From an uncultured Planctomycetota bacterium (lineage in GTDB: Bacteria > Planctomycetota > PLA2 > JAEUHO01), in NCBI GenBank assembly GCA_963752285.1, contig CAVVXN010000005.1:192001-256000 (forward strand): 64,000 nt of DNA, in the 5' to 3' direction. A model generated the notes under the pieces. It searched no databases, had not been told where the DNA came from, and saw only the letters and a program-made list of their open reading frames with translations. The position numbers were made by a program, and so were the translations under genes. Each line of letters opens with the position of its first letter. The stretch's first letter is position 1. Shown piece by piece: positions 20,956 through 31,391 of the stretch.

Positions 20956-21831
20956 CGGGCCCGTCTCCGCGCCTCGCGCTTCGCGAGGTACGCGGTCAAG
21001 ACGACGGCGAGCGTGTCGGCCGTGTCGATTTCGACCAGGTCGATCCGGTTCTGGAGACAGACCCGTCGGAGCGTCTTCTTGAACCCTTCGACCTGGTCGA
21101 GGTAGGCCTGGCGCAGGGCCAGCGGGTCGGCGGTCAGGCGGGCGAGATCCTCCAGTCCCTCGAAACGCGTCATCCGCTCGAAGGGAAACGTGACCTCGTC
21201 GCGCGCGAGCACGTGGAACAGGATCACGTCGTGCCCCCGCTGCCGAAGGCGCTTGAGACCGCGGACCACCTCGCGGGTGTCGTCGAGCAGATCCGAGAAG
21301 AGCACGACGATGCCCTTCCGCCGCAGCGTCTCGGCGACCTCGGACAAGGCGCGCCCCGTGTCGGTCGGCGCGGCGGGCACCGCCTCCTCGAGGAGGCGGA
21401 AGATCGTCTTGAGGTGCGTCGTGCTGCTCTGCGCGGGGAGCGCGTAGCGCACCTTCTGGTCGTAGACGACCAGGCCCACGGCGTCCTGCTGGTTCGTGAC
21501 GAGGTACGCCAGCGCCGCCGCGGCCCAGCGGGCGTAGTCGAGCTTGCTCGGCCCGCGGTCCTCGATCGACGTGTATGCCATCGACGCGCTCGCGTCCACC
21601 ACGAGGTGCGCCTCGAGATTCGTCTCTTCCTCGTAGCGCTTGATGTAGAGGCGGTCGGTGCGGCCGTAGACCTTCCAGTCGAGGAACCGGAGGTCGTCTC
21701 CCGGGACGTATTCGCGGTGCTCGGCGAACTCCACGGAGAAGCCGTGGAACGGGCTCCGGTGCAGGCCCGAGACGTAGCCCTCGACGATGCGCTTCGCCTT
21801 GAGCTCGAGTCCCGCGACCTGGTCGAGGATC

Positions 21832-22893
<1,062 letters not shown>

Positions 22894-23005
22894 GGTGAGG
22901 ATCTCCGGCCGGCGCGGCGGCGCCGGTTCATCGCGCATTGAACCACCCCGCGCGGGGCCGTCGCCGCGCGTTCGGGCGCGAGACCCGGCCGCGCGAGGCC
23001 GCCGG

Positions 23006-25255
23006 TCACCGCGCCGCCCAACCGGTCACGAGCCGGCTCCCGACCGCGAGGATCCCGACGCCCGGAATCGGGACCAGGTTGCCGAAGGGCTTCGCGCCCG
23101 AGGACAGGATGTCGGCCCAGGACTCCGGTGTGCGGCTCGCGTCCACGGTCGCGAGGTCGTGACCCGTCGCCGCGTCGAGCACGACCAGGCCGTCCGCGGT
23201 GGAGACCACGAGCTCCTTCGAGGTGAGGAGCGCGCGGCCCCACGGCTCCGCGCCGTGCCCCGTCGTCGAGACCGCGCGCCACACGGGGGGGCGCCGTGGG
23301 GAGAGGGCGTCGAGACCGACCGCGATCGGCGGGGGCGGCTCGCCCTCCGCGGCGGCGCCCTTCCCCACGAGGACGAGCAGCGGGGGACGGTCGTCGGCCG
23401 CCGGCAGGATCCCTACGACCTGCTCCGCCGCGAAGTCCACGAGGTCGAAGCGGCGGTGCACGCGCCACGAAACGAGGGAACGCTCTCGCCCCCGGGGCCG
23501 GTCGAAGAGGACGAGCACGTAGGGTCCGTCCGTCGGCGCGGCGTAGACGCGGTCCAGCGCGAGCACCGGCGGCTCGTCCTGGAACGAGCTCTGTCGCGGG
23601 CTCCCGTCCCGCAGCGCACCGAGGCGCCGCGCGCGGTTCGTCGCCGCGACGCCTCGGTCGTAGCGCAGCAGCCATTCGACGGTGCCGTCCACCACGTCCA
23701 CGGCCGCGAGCACGCCGAGACCGGTCGAGACGACGACGCGCCCGCGCGCGCCGGAGGGCGCGCTGGGGAGGGCCTCGTCGGGACGCTGGCTGCGCACGGG
23801 GCTGCCCGAGCAGAGGAACGTGCGCACCTGGACCACGCCGGTCTCGGGATCGAGCCCGAAGAGCCACGCCTCGCCCTGGTCGCTCGAGCTCGCGCCGCCG
23901 CGGATGCCCGCCATCCAGAGCCGGCCCGCGTACAGGAGCGGCGCGCCGTAGAGCCGGGTGTGCTCGGGCATGCCGTCGCGCGGGGAGAGCCCGCCGTTTC
24001 GCCACGCCGACTCCAGGCGTGCGCCGTCCCAGCGCACGGCCTCGAGGCGGTCGTCCCGGTCCTGGTCGTAGCCCCACGCCGACGGGTCGCTCTCGGGATC
24101 CGGAGCCGCGAGGTAGATCAGCCTCCCGCCCGGGCCCGCCGGGCCGAGGGTGAGCGCGTGGCCCTCGGCGAGGCCGAACGCCTCCCGTGCGTCCTCGTCC
24201 AATGCGTACGTCAGCGAACGTCCCGCCGCGTCCATGACGGCGAACGGCGGCGGCTCGGCGGCGATGCGTCCCGTCTCGGCTTCGAGCGCGTAGAGGACCC
24301 GGCCGTCGAAGACGAACGCGAGCCCGCCGTCCACGACGGCGCGGGGGGGGACCCACGGGCTCGGACGGTCCGCCGGGCTGTGGCCAGGGACCTCCGGGAG
24401 CGGGTCCTCCTCCTCCAGGGCGTCCGTCCACGCCCCCGTGAACGCCGCGCCGAGCGGAGGGGCCAGCGCCGCCCGGTCGGCCGACCCGCCCGTCGTGGGC
24501 CACGAGGTGGCCGGCTCTCGCCCGCGCGCGATCGCCGCCGCGAGCGGGACCACGCGGCGGGAGAGCGGCGCGTCGGGCGCCTCGGCCGCACGGAGCGACG
24601 CGAGCGCGTCCGCCTCGCGGCCCGGCCGCGCGCGGAGCACCGCCTCGAACCGGAGTCGCCGCTCGTGCCAGGGGAGGAGCGTCGCCGGGTCCTCGGCGCT
24701 CGTCTCCTCGACGTCCTGCAGGCGCTCGAGCCAGCCGAGCGCGCGGTCCGTGTCTCCCCGCTCGCTGGCCAGGGCCGCCAGGAGGAGGCAGGCGCTCCGG
24801 CCCTCGTCGATCGGCAGGAACCGCTCGGCGACCTCCGCCAGGAGGTCCTCGCGGCGCTCCGCACGCGCGCGTTCGAGCAGCGCGCGGGCCGTGGGTCCGT
24901 ACTGCGCCTCGGCGGCCGCGAGCGCGGGCGCGCCCGCCGCGAGGAGGCGGCCCTGGGCCGCGCGGGCCGCGCCCACGTAGACCTCGGTCCCGCGCACGGG
25001 GACGACGTACGGCGAAGCGGCGCCGGACTCCTCGGCGTCCGTGCGTCGGTCCACGATCGCCTGGACCGCGCGCGCGAACGCGGGCCAGTCCTCGTTCGTC
25101 GCCGCCTGGTCCACGGAGGTGAACGCCTCGGCGATCGCCGACACGTCGCTGCGGACGTAAGAGCTGTTCTCCTCGGGGGCGACGGCCTTCTCGTCCGCCG
25201 CGCGCGTCGCGAGCGGGAGGAGGAGCACGAGGAGGAGGGCCCGGAGGGGGCGCAC
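23006..25255 (-). CDS. Exported PQQ-like beta-propeller repeat protein
   Basis: Signal peptide; SWPTTGGSADR; blades LYALEAETG, FGLDPETG, AVDVVDGTVEW, VLDAATG. Confidence 0.8.
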   Translation of the reverse strand: MRPLRALLLVLLLPLATRAADEKAVAPEENSSYVRSDVSAIAEAFTSVDQAATNEDWPAFARAVQAIVDRRTDAEESGAASPYVVPVRGTEVYVGAARAAQGRLLAAGAPALAAAEAQYGPTARALLERARAERREDLLAEVAERFLPIDEGRSACLLLAALASERGDTDRALGWLERLQDVEETSAEDPATLLPWHERRLRFEAVLRARPGREADALASLRAAEAPDAPLSRRVVPLAAAIARGREPATSWPTTGGSADRAALAPPLGAAFTGAWTDALEEEDPLPEVPGHSPADRPSPWVPPRAVVDGGLAFVFDGRVLYALEAETGRIAAEPPPFAVMDAAGRSLTYALDEDAREAFGLAEGHALTLGPAGPGGRLIYLAAPDPESDPSAWGYDQDRDDRLEAVRWDGARLESAWRNGGLSPRDGMPEHTRLYGAPLLYAGRLWMAGIRGGASSSDQGEAWLFGLDPETGVVQVRTFLCSGSPVRSQRPDEALPSAPSGARGRVVVSTGLGVLAAVDVVDGTVEWLLRYDRGVAATNRARRLGALRDGSPRQSSFQDEPPVLALDRVYAAPTDGPYVLVLFDRPRGRERSLVSWRVHRRFDLVDFAAEQVVGILPAADDRPPLLVLVGKGAAAEGEPPPPIAVGLDALSPRRPPVWRAVSTTGHGAEPWGRALLTSKELVVSTADGLVVLDAATGHDLATVDASRTPESWADILSSGAKPFGNLVPIPGVGILAVGSRLVTGWAAR

Positions 25256-25303
25256 GGGGCGGGCATCATCCCACACGACCGGCCGTCGGCGTCCCGTCGT
25301 CGG

Positions 25304-25654
25304 TCAGCGGGGCGGGGCCGAGCGACCGTCCCGCGTCCCGGGCGGCAGCAGGAGGGCCCGGAGCGCGCGCTCCCGCGCGAACGTGTCGAGCCGGGCCGCG
25401 CGCACCTCCTGGTCGAGCTCCCGGAGGCGCGCTTCCTGCCCTCGGTTCTCGCAGCAGAGCCGCGCGTGGTTTGCGGCGAGCCGCATCCGCCTGAGGGCGG
25501 CCGGGATCGTCGAGACGCCCAGCACGAGGAGGCCGGCGAGCGCGACCCAGGCCACCCAGGACGGGAGCGGACGCGGCTGGTCCTCCCCCGGCGGCAGGAG
25601 CACCACCTCGCGCAACGACGCCTCCCCGGCCCCGTGGCCGTCCCCTCCATCCAT
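25304..25654 (-). CDS. Small bitopic membrane protein with coiled coil (FtsB/septum-formation-initiator-like architecture)
   Basis: One TM (WVAWVALAGLLVLGVSTI) followed by heptads ENRGQEARLRELDQEVRAARLDTFARERALR. Confidence 0.45.
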   Translation of the reverse strand: MDGGDGHGAGEASLREVVLLPPGEDQPRPLPSWVAWVALAGLLVLGVSTIPAALRRMRLAANHARLCCENRGQEARLRELDQEVRAARLDTFARERALRALLLPPGTRDGRSAPPR

Positions 25655-25801
25655 CGGGCGCGAACGGCGGGGGCTTTCGCACAACCGGCGCCCGGGCCCC
25701 GACGCGCCGGCTCCGCCGGGGGCCCCGCCCCGGGGGCCGCCCCCGGGGCGGGCTCGAGCGCCGCCGGCCGGGCCGGTCCCGACCGTCTACCATTCACCTC
25801 C

Positions 25802-26704
25802 ATGCGACCGAGGTCTCCCCGCCCGCGCCGCCGCCCGATCCGAAACCTGCTGGTCCTGCCCACGATGATCACGACGGGGAACCTCCTCGCGGGGATCCTC
25901 GCCCTCGCCTACCTGAACGACGCGGCCTCGGCGGGGGGGTCCGCCCAGGAGGCGGAGCTCTGGGTCAAGGCGGCCTGGATGGTCTTCCTCGGGATGCTCT
26001 GCGACGGCCTCGACGGCCGTGTGGCGCGCTGGACCCGGAGCAGCAGCGCGTTCGGCGCCCAGCTCGACAGCCTGGCCGACGTGGTGACGTTCGGGGTCGT
26101 CCCCGCCCTGCTCGCGCGGTCGATCCTGATCGCCAGCTTCCCGAACGTGGGGAAGCGGCTCCTCACCGGTTTCGTCGTCGTGTACCTCGTGGGGGCGGCG
26201 CTGCGCCTCGCGCGGTACAACGTCGAGTCCGCGCGCGTGAGCTCCGAGGGCGCGCGGCACGTCACCCGGACGTTCCGCGGCCTCCCGACGCCGGCCGCCG
26301 CGGGCACCGTCGCGAGCCTGGTCCTCCTCACGCAGGCGTACAGCATCCCGCACTTCGACTGGGCGATCCTCCTCCTCACGCCCGTGCTGGGGCTGCTGAT
26401 GATCAGCCGCCTCCCCTACAGCCATGTCGCGAACCGCGTGCTCGAGGGCCATCGTGCGCTGCCCACGATCGTCCTCCTCGCGTTCGTGGTGTTCCTCGGC
26501 GTGATCCACTTCGAGGAGACGATCGGCGCGGTGTTCTTGCTCTACACCTCCTCGGGCGCCGTCATCTACGGGTTGGCGCGTCTGACGGGCCGGCCGGCCT
26601 GGGTCTTCGAGGAGGAGGACGACGAGACCCTGGCCGCGGAGGACGCGCCGGCCGACGGCGACGGCCGGACGGCCGACACGCCCGCGCCGTTCGGTCGAGG
26701 TTGA
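25802..26704 (+). CDS. pssA: CDP-diacylglycerol--serine O-phosphatidyltransferase
   Basis: LPTMITTGN; CDP-alcohol phosphotransferase motif DGLDGRVAR...FGAQLDSLADVVTFGVVPA; LRLARYN; FRGLPTPAAA. Confidence 0.9.
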   Translation: MRPRSPRPRRRPIRNLLVLPTMITTGNLLAGILALAYLNDAASAGGSAQEAELWVKAAWMVFLGMLCDGLDGRVARWTRSSSAFGAQLDSLADVVTFGVVPALLARSILIASFPNVGKRLLTGFVVVYLVGAALRLARYNVESARVSSEGARHVTRTFRGLPTPAAAGTVASLVLLTQAYSIPHFDWAILLLTPVLGLLMISRLPYSHVANRVLEGHRALPTIVLLAFVVFLGVIHFEETIGAVFLLYTSSGAVIYGLARLTGRPAWVFEEEDDETLAAEDAPADGDGRTADTPAPFGRG

Positions 26705-26728
26705 CCCGGCGCGGGCCGGGAATCGAAG

Positions 26729-28168
26729 ATGGTCCGCCCGCGGCCGCCGCGGCGGGGGAGGCTCGACATCGCGGACCACGCGCCCACGCAGGCCTTCGTC
26801 GCGCTCGGGGCGAGTCTCCCCGGGGCGGAGGCGCGCCTCGAGCGCGGCCTGGTCGCCCTCGCCGACGGGGGCGAGCGGGTGGCGGCGGTCTCGCCCGTGG
26901 TGGTCGGGCCGTACGAGTCCGCGCCCGGCCGTCCCGACGCGAGCGGCGGGGAGGTCGCGAACGCGGTGGTCGAGATCCGGACGGCCCTCGCGGCGGACGA
27001 CCTGCTCGCCCGCCTCCACGCGATCGAGGACGACGCGGGCCGCGTGCGCGACGGCCGGCCCGAGCGCGCGCTCGACCTCGACCTGCTCGACCACGGCGGG
27101 GCGGTCCGCGCGGACGCGCCGACGCTGCCGCACCCCCGGGCGCTCGAGCGCGCCTTCGTCCTCGAGCCGTGGGAGGCGATCGCGCCCCTCCACCGCGTCG
27201 CCGGGACCGACCGGACCGTGGTGGAGCACGCCGCGCGGCTGCGCGCGGCGCGGCCCGAGGCGTTCCAGCGTCTCGCGCGCCGTCCCGCGCCGGTCCTCGA
27301 CCGGCCGCGCTCCCGGCCCGCCGTGCTCGCGGACCGCGCGTCCCTCTCCCGGTGGCGTGACGCGTGCGCGGGGACGGTCGGCGTCGTGCCCACGATGGGG
27401 GCGCTCCACGCGGGCCACGCGTCGCTCTTCCGTCGCGCGCGGGCCGAGTGCGACCACGTCCTCGCGACCGTGTTCGTGAACCCGCTCCAGTTCGGCCCGT
27501 CGGAGGACCTCGCGCGCTACCCCCGTGCGCTCGACCTCGACCTGGACGTCGTGGCCCGGGCGGGCGCGGACGCCGTGTACGCCCCGGCGCCCGAGGACGT
27601 GTACGCCGAGGGCTTCGCGACGGCCGTCGAGGTCGAGGGCCCGGCCCACGGCTACGAGGGGGCGCGCCGCCCCGGTCACTTCCGGGGCGTCGCGACGGTG
27701 GTGCTGAAGCTGTGGCAGCGCACGCGCCCCGACCGTGCGTACTTCGGACGCAAGGACGCGCAGCAGCTCGCCGTGATCCGGAGGATGGTCGCGGACCTCG
27801 ACCTCGCCGGCGAGGTGGTCGCCTGTCCCATCGTGCGCGACCCGGACGGCCTGGCCGTCTCGTCGCGGAACCGATACCTCGACGCGGAGACGCGCGCGCG
27901 CGCGCTGGCACTCTCCCGCGCGCTCGAGGAGCTCGCGTTCGCGGCGGCGCGCGGCGTGCCTCGCGCCGACGCGCTCGCGTCCGCTCGGCGACGGCTGGCG
28001 GGCGGCGGTCTCGAGATCGACTACGTGGACGTCGTGGACGCGGACGCGATGACCCCCGCTCGCTTCGGGACCGGCCCCGCGCTCGCGATGGCCACGGTGC
28101 GCGCCGGCTCGACCTGGCTCCTCGACAACCGATGGGTCGCGTGCGCCGGGAACGGGGTTTCGGCGTGA
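26729..28168 (+). CDS. panC: Fused FolK (HPPK) + pantoate--beta-alanine ligase
   Basis: N-half FVALG, IEDDAGRVR, RALDLDLL, LPHPRALERAFVLEP; C-half VPTMGALHAGH, FVNPLQF, RPGHFRGVATVV, YFGRKDAQQ, GLAVSSRN, LLDN. Confidence 0.9.
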   Translation: MVRPRPPRRGRLDIADHAPTQAFVALGASLPGAEARLERGLVALADGGERVAAVSPVVVGPYESAPGRPDASGGEVANAVVEIRTALAADDLLARLHAIEDDAGRVRDGRPERALDLDLLDHGGAVRADAPTLPHPRALERAFVLEPWEAIAPLHRVAGTDRTVVEHAARLRAARPEAFQRLARRPAPVLDRPRSRPAVLADRASLSRWRDACAGTVGVVPTMGALHAGHASLFRRARAECDHVLATVFVNPLQFGPSEDLARYPRALDLDLDVVARAGADAVYAPAPEDVYAEGFATAVEVEGPAHGYEGARRPGHFRGVATVVLKLWQRTRPDRAYFGRKDAQQLAVIRRMVADLDLAGEVVACPIVRDPDGLAVSSRNRYLDAETRARALALSRALEELAFAAARGVPRADALASARRRLAGGGLEIDYVDVVDADAMTPARFGTGPALAMATVRAGSTWLLDNRWVACAGNGVSA

Positions 28169-30831
28169 GCCGTCCGACCGCCCTGTACCGGGTCGGCGCC
28201 CTCGCCCTCCTCGCGGCCGTGACGCTCCTCTCGGGGCCGGCCGCGCGGGCGGCGCCCGACGCCGACCTCGAGAACGCCCGTCGCGCGTTCCTCGGCGTCC
28301 GGGACGCGACGCGGCTCGCCGACGCGTTGACGCGTTCCCCGCCGGACGGGCCCTCGGCCGTGGTGGACGCGGTTCTCGCCGAGCTCGCGACCACGCCCGA
28401 GGCGCGGCCGGAGGGGCTCGCGGGCGACGGCTACGCCGCGCTGCCCTCCCTGGTGGGCGCGTTGCGCGCGCTCGACCTCGCCTCGGCGGACCGCGCGCTC
28501 GAACGACTTGCGCGCGGTCCCGCGCCCGCGGGGCTCGTGCCGTGGTCGCGCGCGCTCCTCGCCGCCCGCCACGGCGAGGACCAGGAAGCTGCGGACCTGG
28601 TCGCGGGCGACGTGGACCCCGTTCTGCTGGACCTCGAGTCGTCGTTCCGGTTCGCCCTCTTCGGCGCGTCGCTCCCCGTGGACGACCGTCTCCTCCTCGG
28701 CGCCGTCGCGCGCGAGGCGCTCGAAGGGCTGGCCGCGAAGGACGACCTCGCGGGCGTCCGGCGGGTCGCGGGCCGGGTCGCCGCCTTCGACCGGGACGTG
28801 GGCGCCCGGGCGCTCTCCGAGGCGGCCTCCGCGTTCCGCCGGGCGGGTCGTCCCGCCGACGCGCTCGCCCTCCTCTCGGGTCCCGAGTCGGCCTGCGTCG
28901 ATCCCGCCGGCACCTCTGTCGAGCGTGCGGTCTCGGCGTGGCGCGCCGGACGTCTGGCCGAGGCGCGCGCGGCGTCGTCCGCGGTCTCGGCGCGGCCCGA
29001 GGGCGTGTGGCTCTCGGACGCGCTCGGCGCGCTCGCCGACGGTCAGCGGCCGCCCTCGATCGTCCCCGCGCCGGTCTCCGCCGACCCGCGGCGCCGGAGC
29101 GCGATCCTCCTCGCGCGGCTCGCGAGCACGCTCGGGGTCGCGACGCGCGCCGAGGAGGTCGAGGCCCGCGCGCTCGCGCTGTCGGCGCGCGCGGACGACC
29201 CCGGCTTCTCGGTCCGGTTCCTCCAGGAGCGCGGGCTCGACGCGTCGCTCGCGGCGGGCGGCGAGGCCGCGGTCCGCGCCGCCGCGCACGGGCTGCCGTG
29301 CCTCCTCTGGCGGATCGTCCTCTCCGGAGACCGGCTCGTCGAGGCGCCCGTGCTGGTGCGCGCCGAGGACCGCGCCCTCGCGGGCTGGTGGGTCGAGCCG
29401 CTCGACCTCCGACAGCCCGACCTCCTCCCGCTCGCGGCGACGACGAGGGGTCGGGTGCTCGTGGCGGTTCCCCACGCGTCCGGTATCCCGATCGCGTCGC
29501 TCGTGCCGGACGACGAAGCGGCCCTCGGCCGGCGGCTCGAGGAGGCGGTCGAGCTCGCGCGGAGCGACAGCCCGCGCGCGGGCGCCGAACGCCTGCTCGC
29601 GCGTTCCAGCGCCCCGCTCGAGCCGGTCGCAGCGCTCTACGCGGGGTGGATGTTCTACGAGGCCTTCCACGCCACGGAGGACGGGGAGCCGATCCGCCGG
29701 GACGCGGAGGCCCTGTACGAGGCGGGGCGCCTGCTCGAGCCGATCCGCACGCTGCCGCCGCCGGACGCGTTCGTGGAGCTGGCGGTCGCGCGGTCCCGGC
29801 TCGCGGACGGAGACGTGAAGCAGGCCGCTCTCGGGCTCGACCGCGCGCAGGCCGCGGCGCCCGAGTCCGCGTGGATCGCGCTCTGGCGCTTCAAGGTGCT
29901 GTACGACGCGCTCTCCGAGCCCGGTCCCGCCCTGGAGGCCATCGACCTCGCGCGGCGCCTCGACCCGCTGGACGTGACGGTCCTCTACCTCCGTGGCCGC
30001 ACGCAGCACGAGCGCGGAGAGCTCGACCTCGCAAGGCGGGACCTGCTCCGCGCGTTCGACCGGCGCCCGGAGTGGGTGGGGGTCGCGCTCGAGCTCGTGG
30101 GGATCGAGATCCACGCGGGGCGCCCGCGCCAGGCGCTGGCGGACCTCGAGACCCTCGCGCGCCACGCCCCGTCGGCGGCGGCCGAGGAGGCCGTGGGCGA
30201 GGCGCGTCGGGAGGCGGAGTCGATGCTCGTCCAACGCGCGTCCACCCCCGCGGAGCTCGCGGCCCTGCGCCAGAGCCCCGAGCCCGAGACGCGACGGCGC
30301 GTCGCGTTCGCGCTCGCGCGGTTCGAGAACGACGCGGCGGAGTCGGCGCTCCGCGCCCTGCTCGCGGACCCCGCCGAGGCCGTGCGCGTCACGGCGCTCC
30401 GCGTGTACATGCGGCCGTGGCTCCGCGAACGCGTCGAGGCCGACCCCGCACTCGCGAAGGAGGTGCGCGACCTGCTGCACGGCGACGCGTCCGAGGCGGT
30501 GCGCGGCGCGGCGGCCGGGCTGGTGAGCCTGCTCCGCGTGCCCTGGGCCGCGAAGGAGCTCGCGAGCGCGCTCGCGGGCGACGCGCGCGACGCCGCGCCC
30601 TACCCGCGCTCGGAGGCCGCGAGCGCCCTCGTGCGTCTGGACGGGCCCGAGGCGCGCGGCGCGCTGGTCGAGGCGCTCGACGACGACGCCCTCACCGTTC
30701 GTCGCGCCGCCATCGAGGCGTTGTTCCGCCTCGCCTCGACGTATCGCGGCTACGACCCCGAGGCCCCGGCCGAGGACCGCGCGCCGGCCGTCGCCCGCTG
30801 GCGGGCCTGGGCCCGGGACGGCCGGGGCTAG
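28165..30831 (+). CDS. Exported TPR + HEAT repeat protein
   Basis: GTG start overlapping panC stop (GTGA); signal peptide; TPR-like helices; HEAT motifs (RRRVAFALARF, VRGAAAGL, VRRAAIEALFRL). Confidence 0.75.
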   Translation: MSRPTALYRVGALALLAAVTLLSGPAARAAPDADLENARRAFLGVRDATRLADALTRSPPDGPSAVVDAVLAELATTPEARPEGLAGDGYAALPSLVGALRALDLASADRALERLARGPAPAGLVPWSRALLAARHGEDQEAADLVAGDVDPVLLDLESSFRFALFGASLPVDDRLLLGAVAREALEGLAAKDDLAGVRRVAGRVAAFDRDVGARALSEAASAFRRAGRPADALALLSGPESACVDPAGTSVERAVSAWRAGRLAEARAASSAVSARPEGVWLSDALGALADGQRPPSIVPAPVSADPRRRSAILLARLASTLGVATRAEEVEARALALSARADDPGFSVRFLQERGLDASLAAGGEAAVRAAAHGLPCLLWRIVLSGDRLVEAPVLVRAEDRALAGWWVEPLDLRQPDLLPLAATTRGRVLVAVPHASGIPIASLVPDDEAALGRRLEEAVELARSDSPRAGAERLLARSSAPLEPVAALYAGWMFYEAFHATEDGEPIRRDAEALYEAGRLLEPIRTLPPPDAFVELAVARSRLADGDVKQAALGLDRAQAAAPESAWIALWRFKVLYDALSEPGPALEAIDLARRLDPLDVTVLYLRGRTQHERGELDLARRDLLRAFDRRPEWVGVALELVGIEIHAGRPRQALADLETLARHAPSAAAEEAVGEARREAESMLVQRASTPAELAALRQSPEPETRRRVAFALARFENDAAESALRALLADPAEAVRVTALRVYMRPWLRERVEADPALAKEVRDLLHGDASEAVRGAAAGLVSLLRVPWAAKELASALAGDARDAAPYPRSEAASALVRLDGPEARGALVEALDDDALTVRRAAIEALFRLASTYRGYDPEAPAEDRAPAVARWRAWARDGRG

Positions 30832-30834
30832 GGC

Positions 30835-30846
30835 GTGGACCGCGCG
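30835..30846 (+). repeat. Intergenic 12-mer GTGGACCGCGCG (first of 8 perfect copies seen)
   Basis: Also at 39787-39798(-), 41469-41480(+), 43562-43573(-), 52551-52562(+), 53863-53874(-), 53891-53902(+), 59369-59380(-). Confidence 0.7.
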
Positions 30847-30903
30847 GGGCGGTGCGTCCCCGACTGGGTCCCCGCCCGGGCGGGGCCGTACCATGTCGGG
30901 CTC

Positions 30904-31275
30904 ATGCAACGCTTCCTGCTCCGTTCCAAGATCCATGGCGCCCGCGTCACGCACGCCGACCTCCACTACGTGGGCAGCGTGACGATCGACAAGGACCTCC
31001 TCGACGCGGCCGACATGGTCCCCGACGAGAAGGTGCTCGTCGTGGACGTGGACAACGGCGCTCGTTTCGAGACGTACGTGTTCGAAGGGGCGCCCGGCAG
31101 CGGTGTGATCGGGGTCAACGGAGGCGCCGCACGCCAGTGCCAGGTCGGCGACCGGGTGCTGATCATGGCGTTCGCGGCCTTCGACTCCGACGAGGTCGCG
31201 GGTCACGTGCCGCGCATCGTGTTCGTGGACGAGCACAACGCCGTGGCGCGAAGCCCCGCCTCCCACGCGCGCTGA
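30904..31275 (+). CDS. panD: Aspartate 1-decarboxylase proenzyme
   Basis: MQRFLLRSKIHGARVTHADLHYVG/SVTID (G24-S25 self-cleavage site); NGARFETY; NGGAAR. Confidence 0.97.
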   Translation: MQRFLLRSKIHGARVTHADLHYVGSVTIDKDLLDAADMVPDEKVLVVDVDNGARFETYVFEGAPGSGVIGVNGGAARQCQVGDRVLIMAFAAFDSDEVAGHVPRIVFVDEHNAVARSPASHAR

Positions 31276-31391
31276 GCGCCCGTCCGAAGACCGATCCCGA
31301 TCTCGGCCGTCTCGCTTCCGGTGCGCGCCTGGAGCCCGGTCGTGCGGAAGGGGACCTTCGCTTCGCGTGGTCGCCGGGGGAGGATGGGCGG

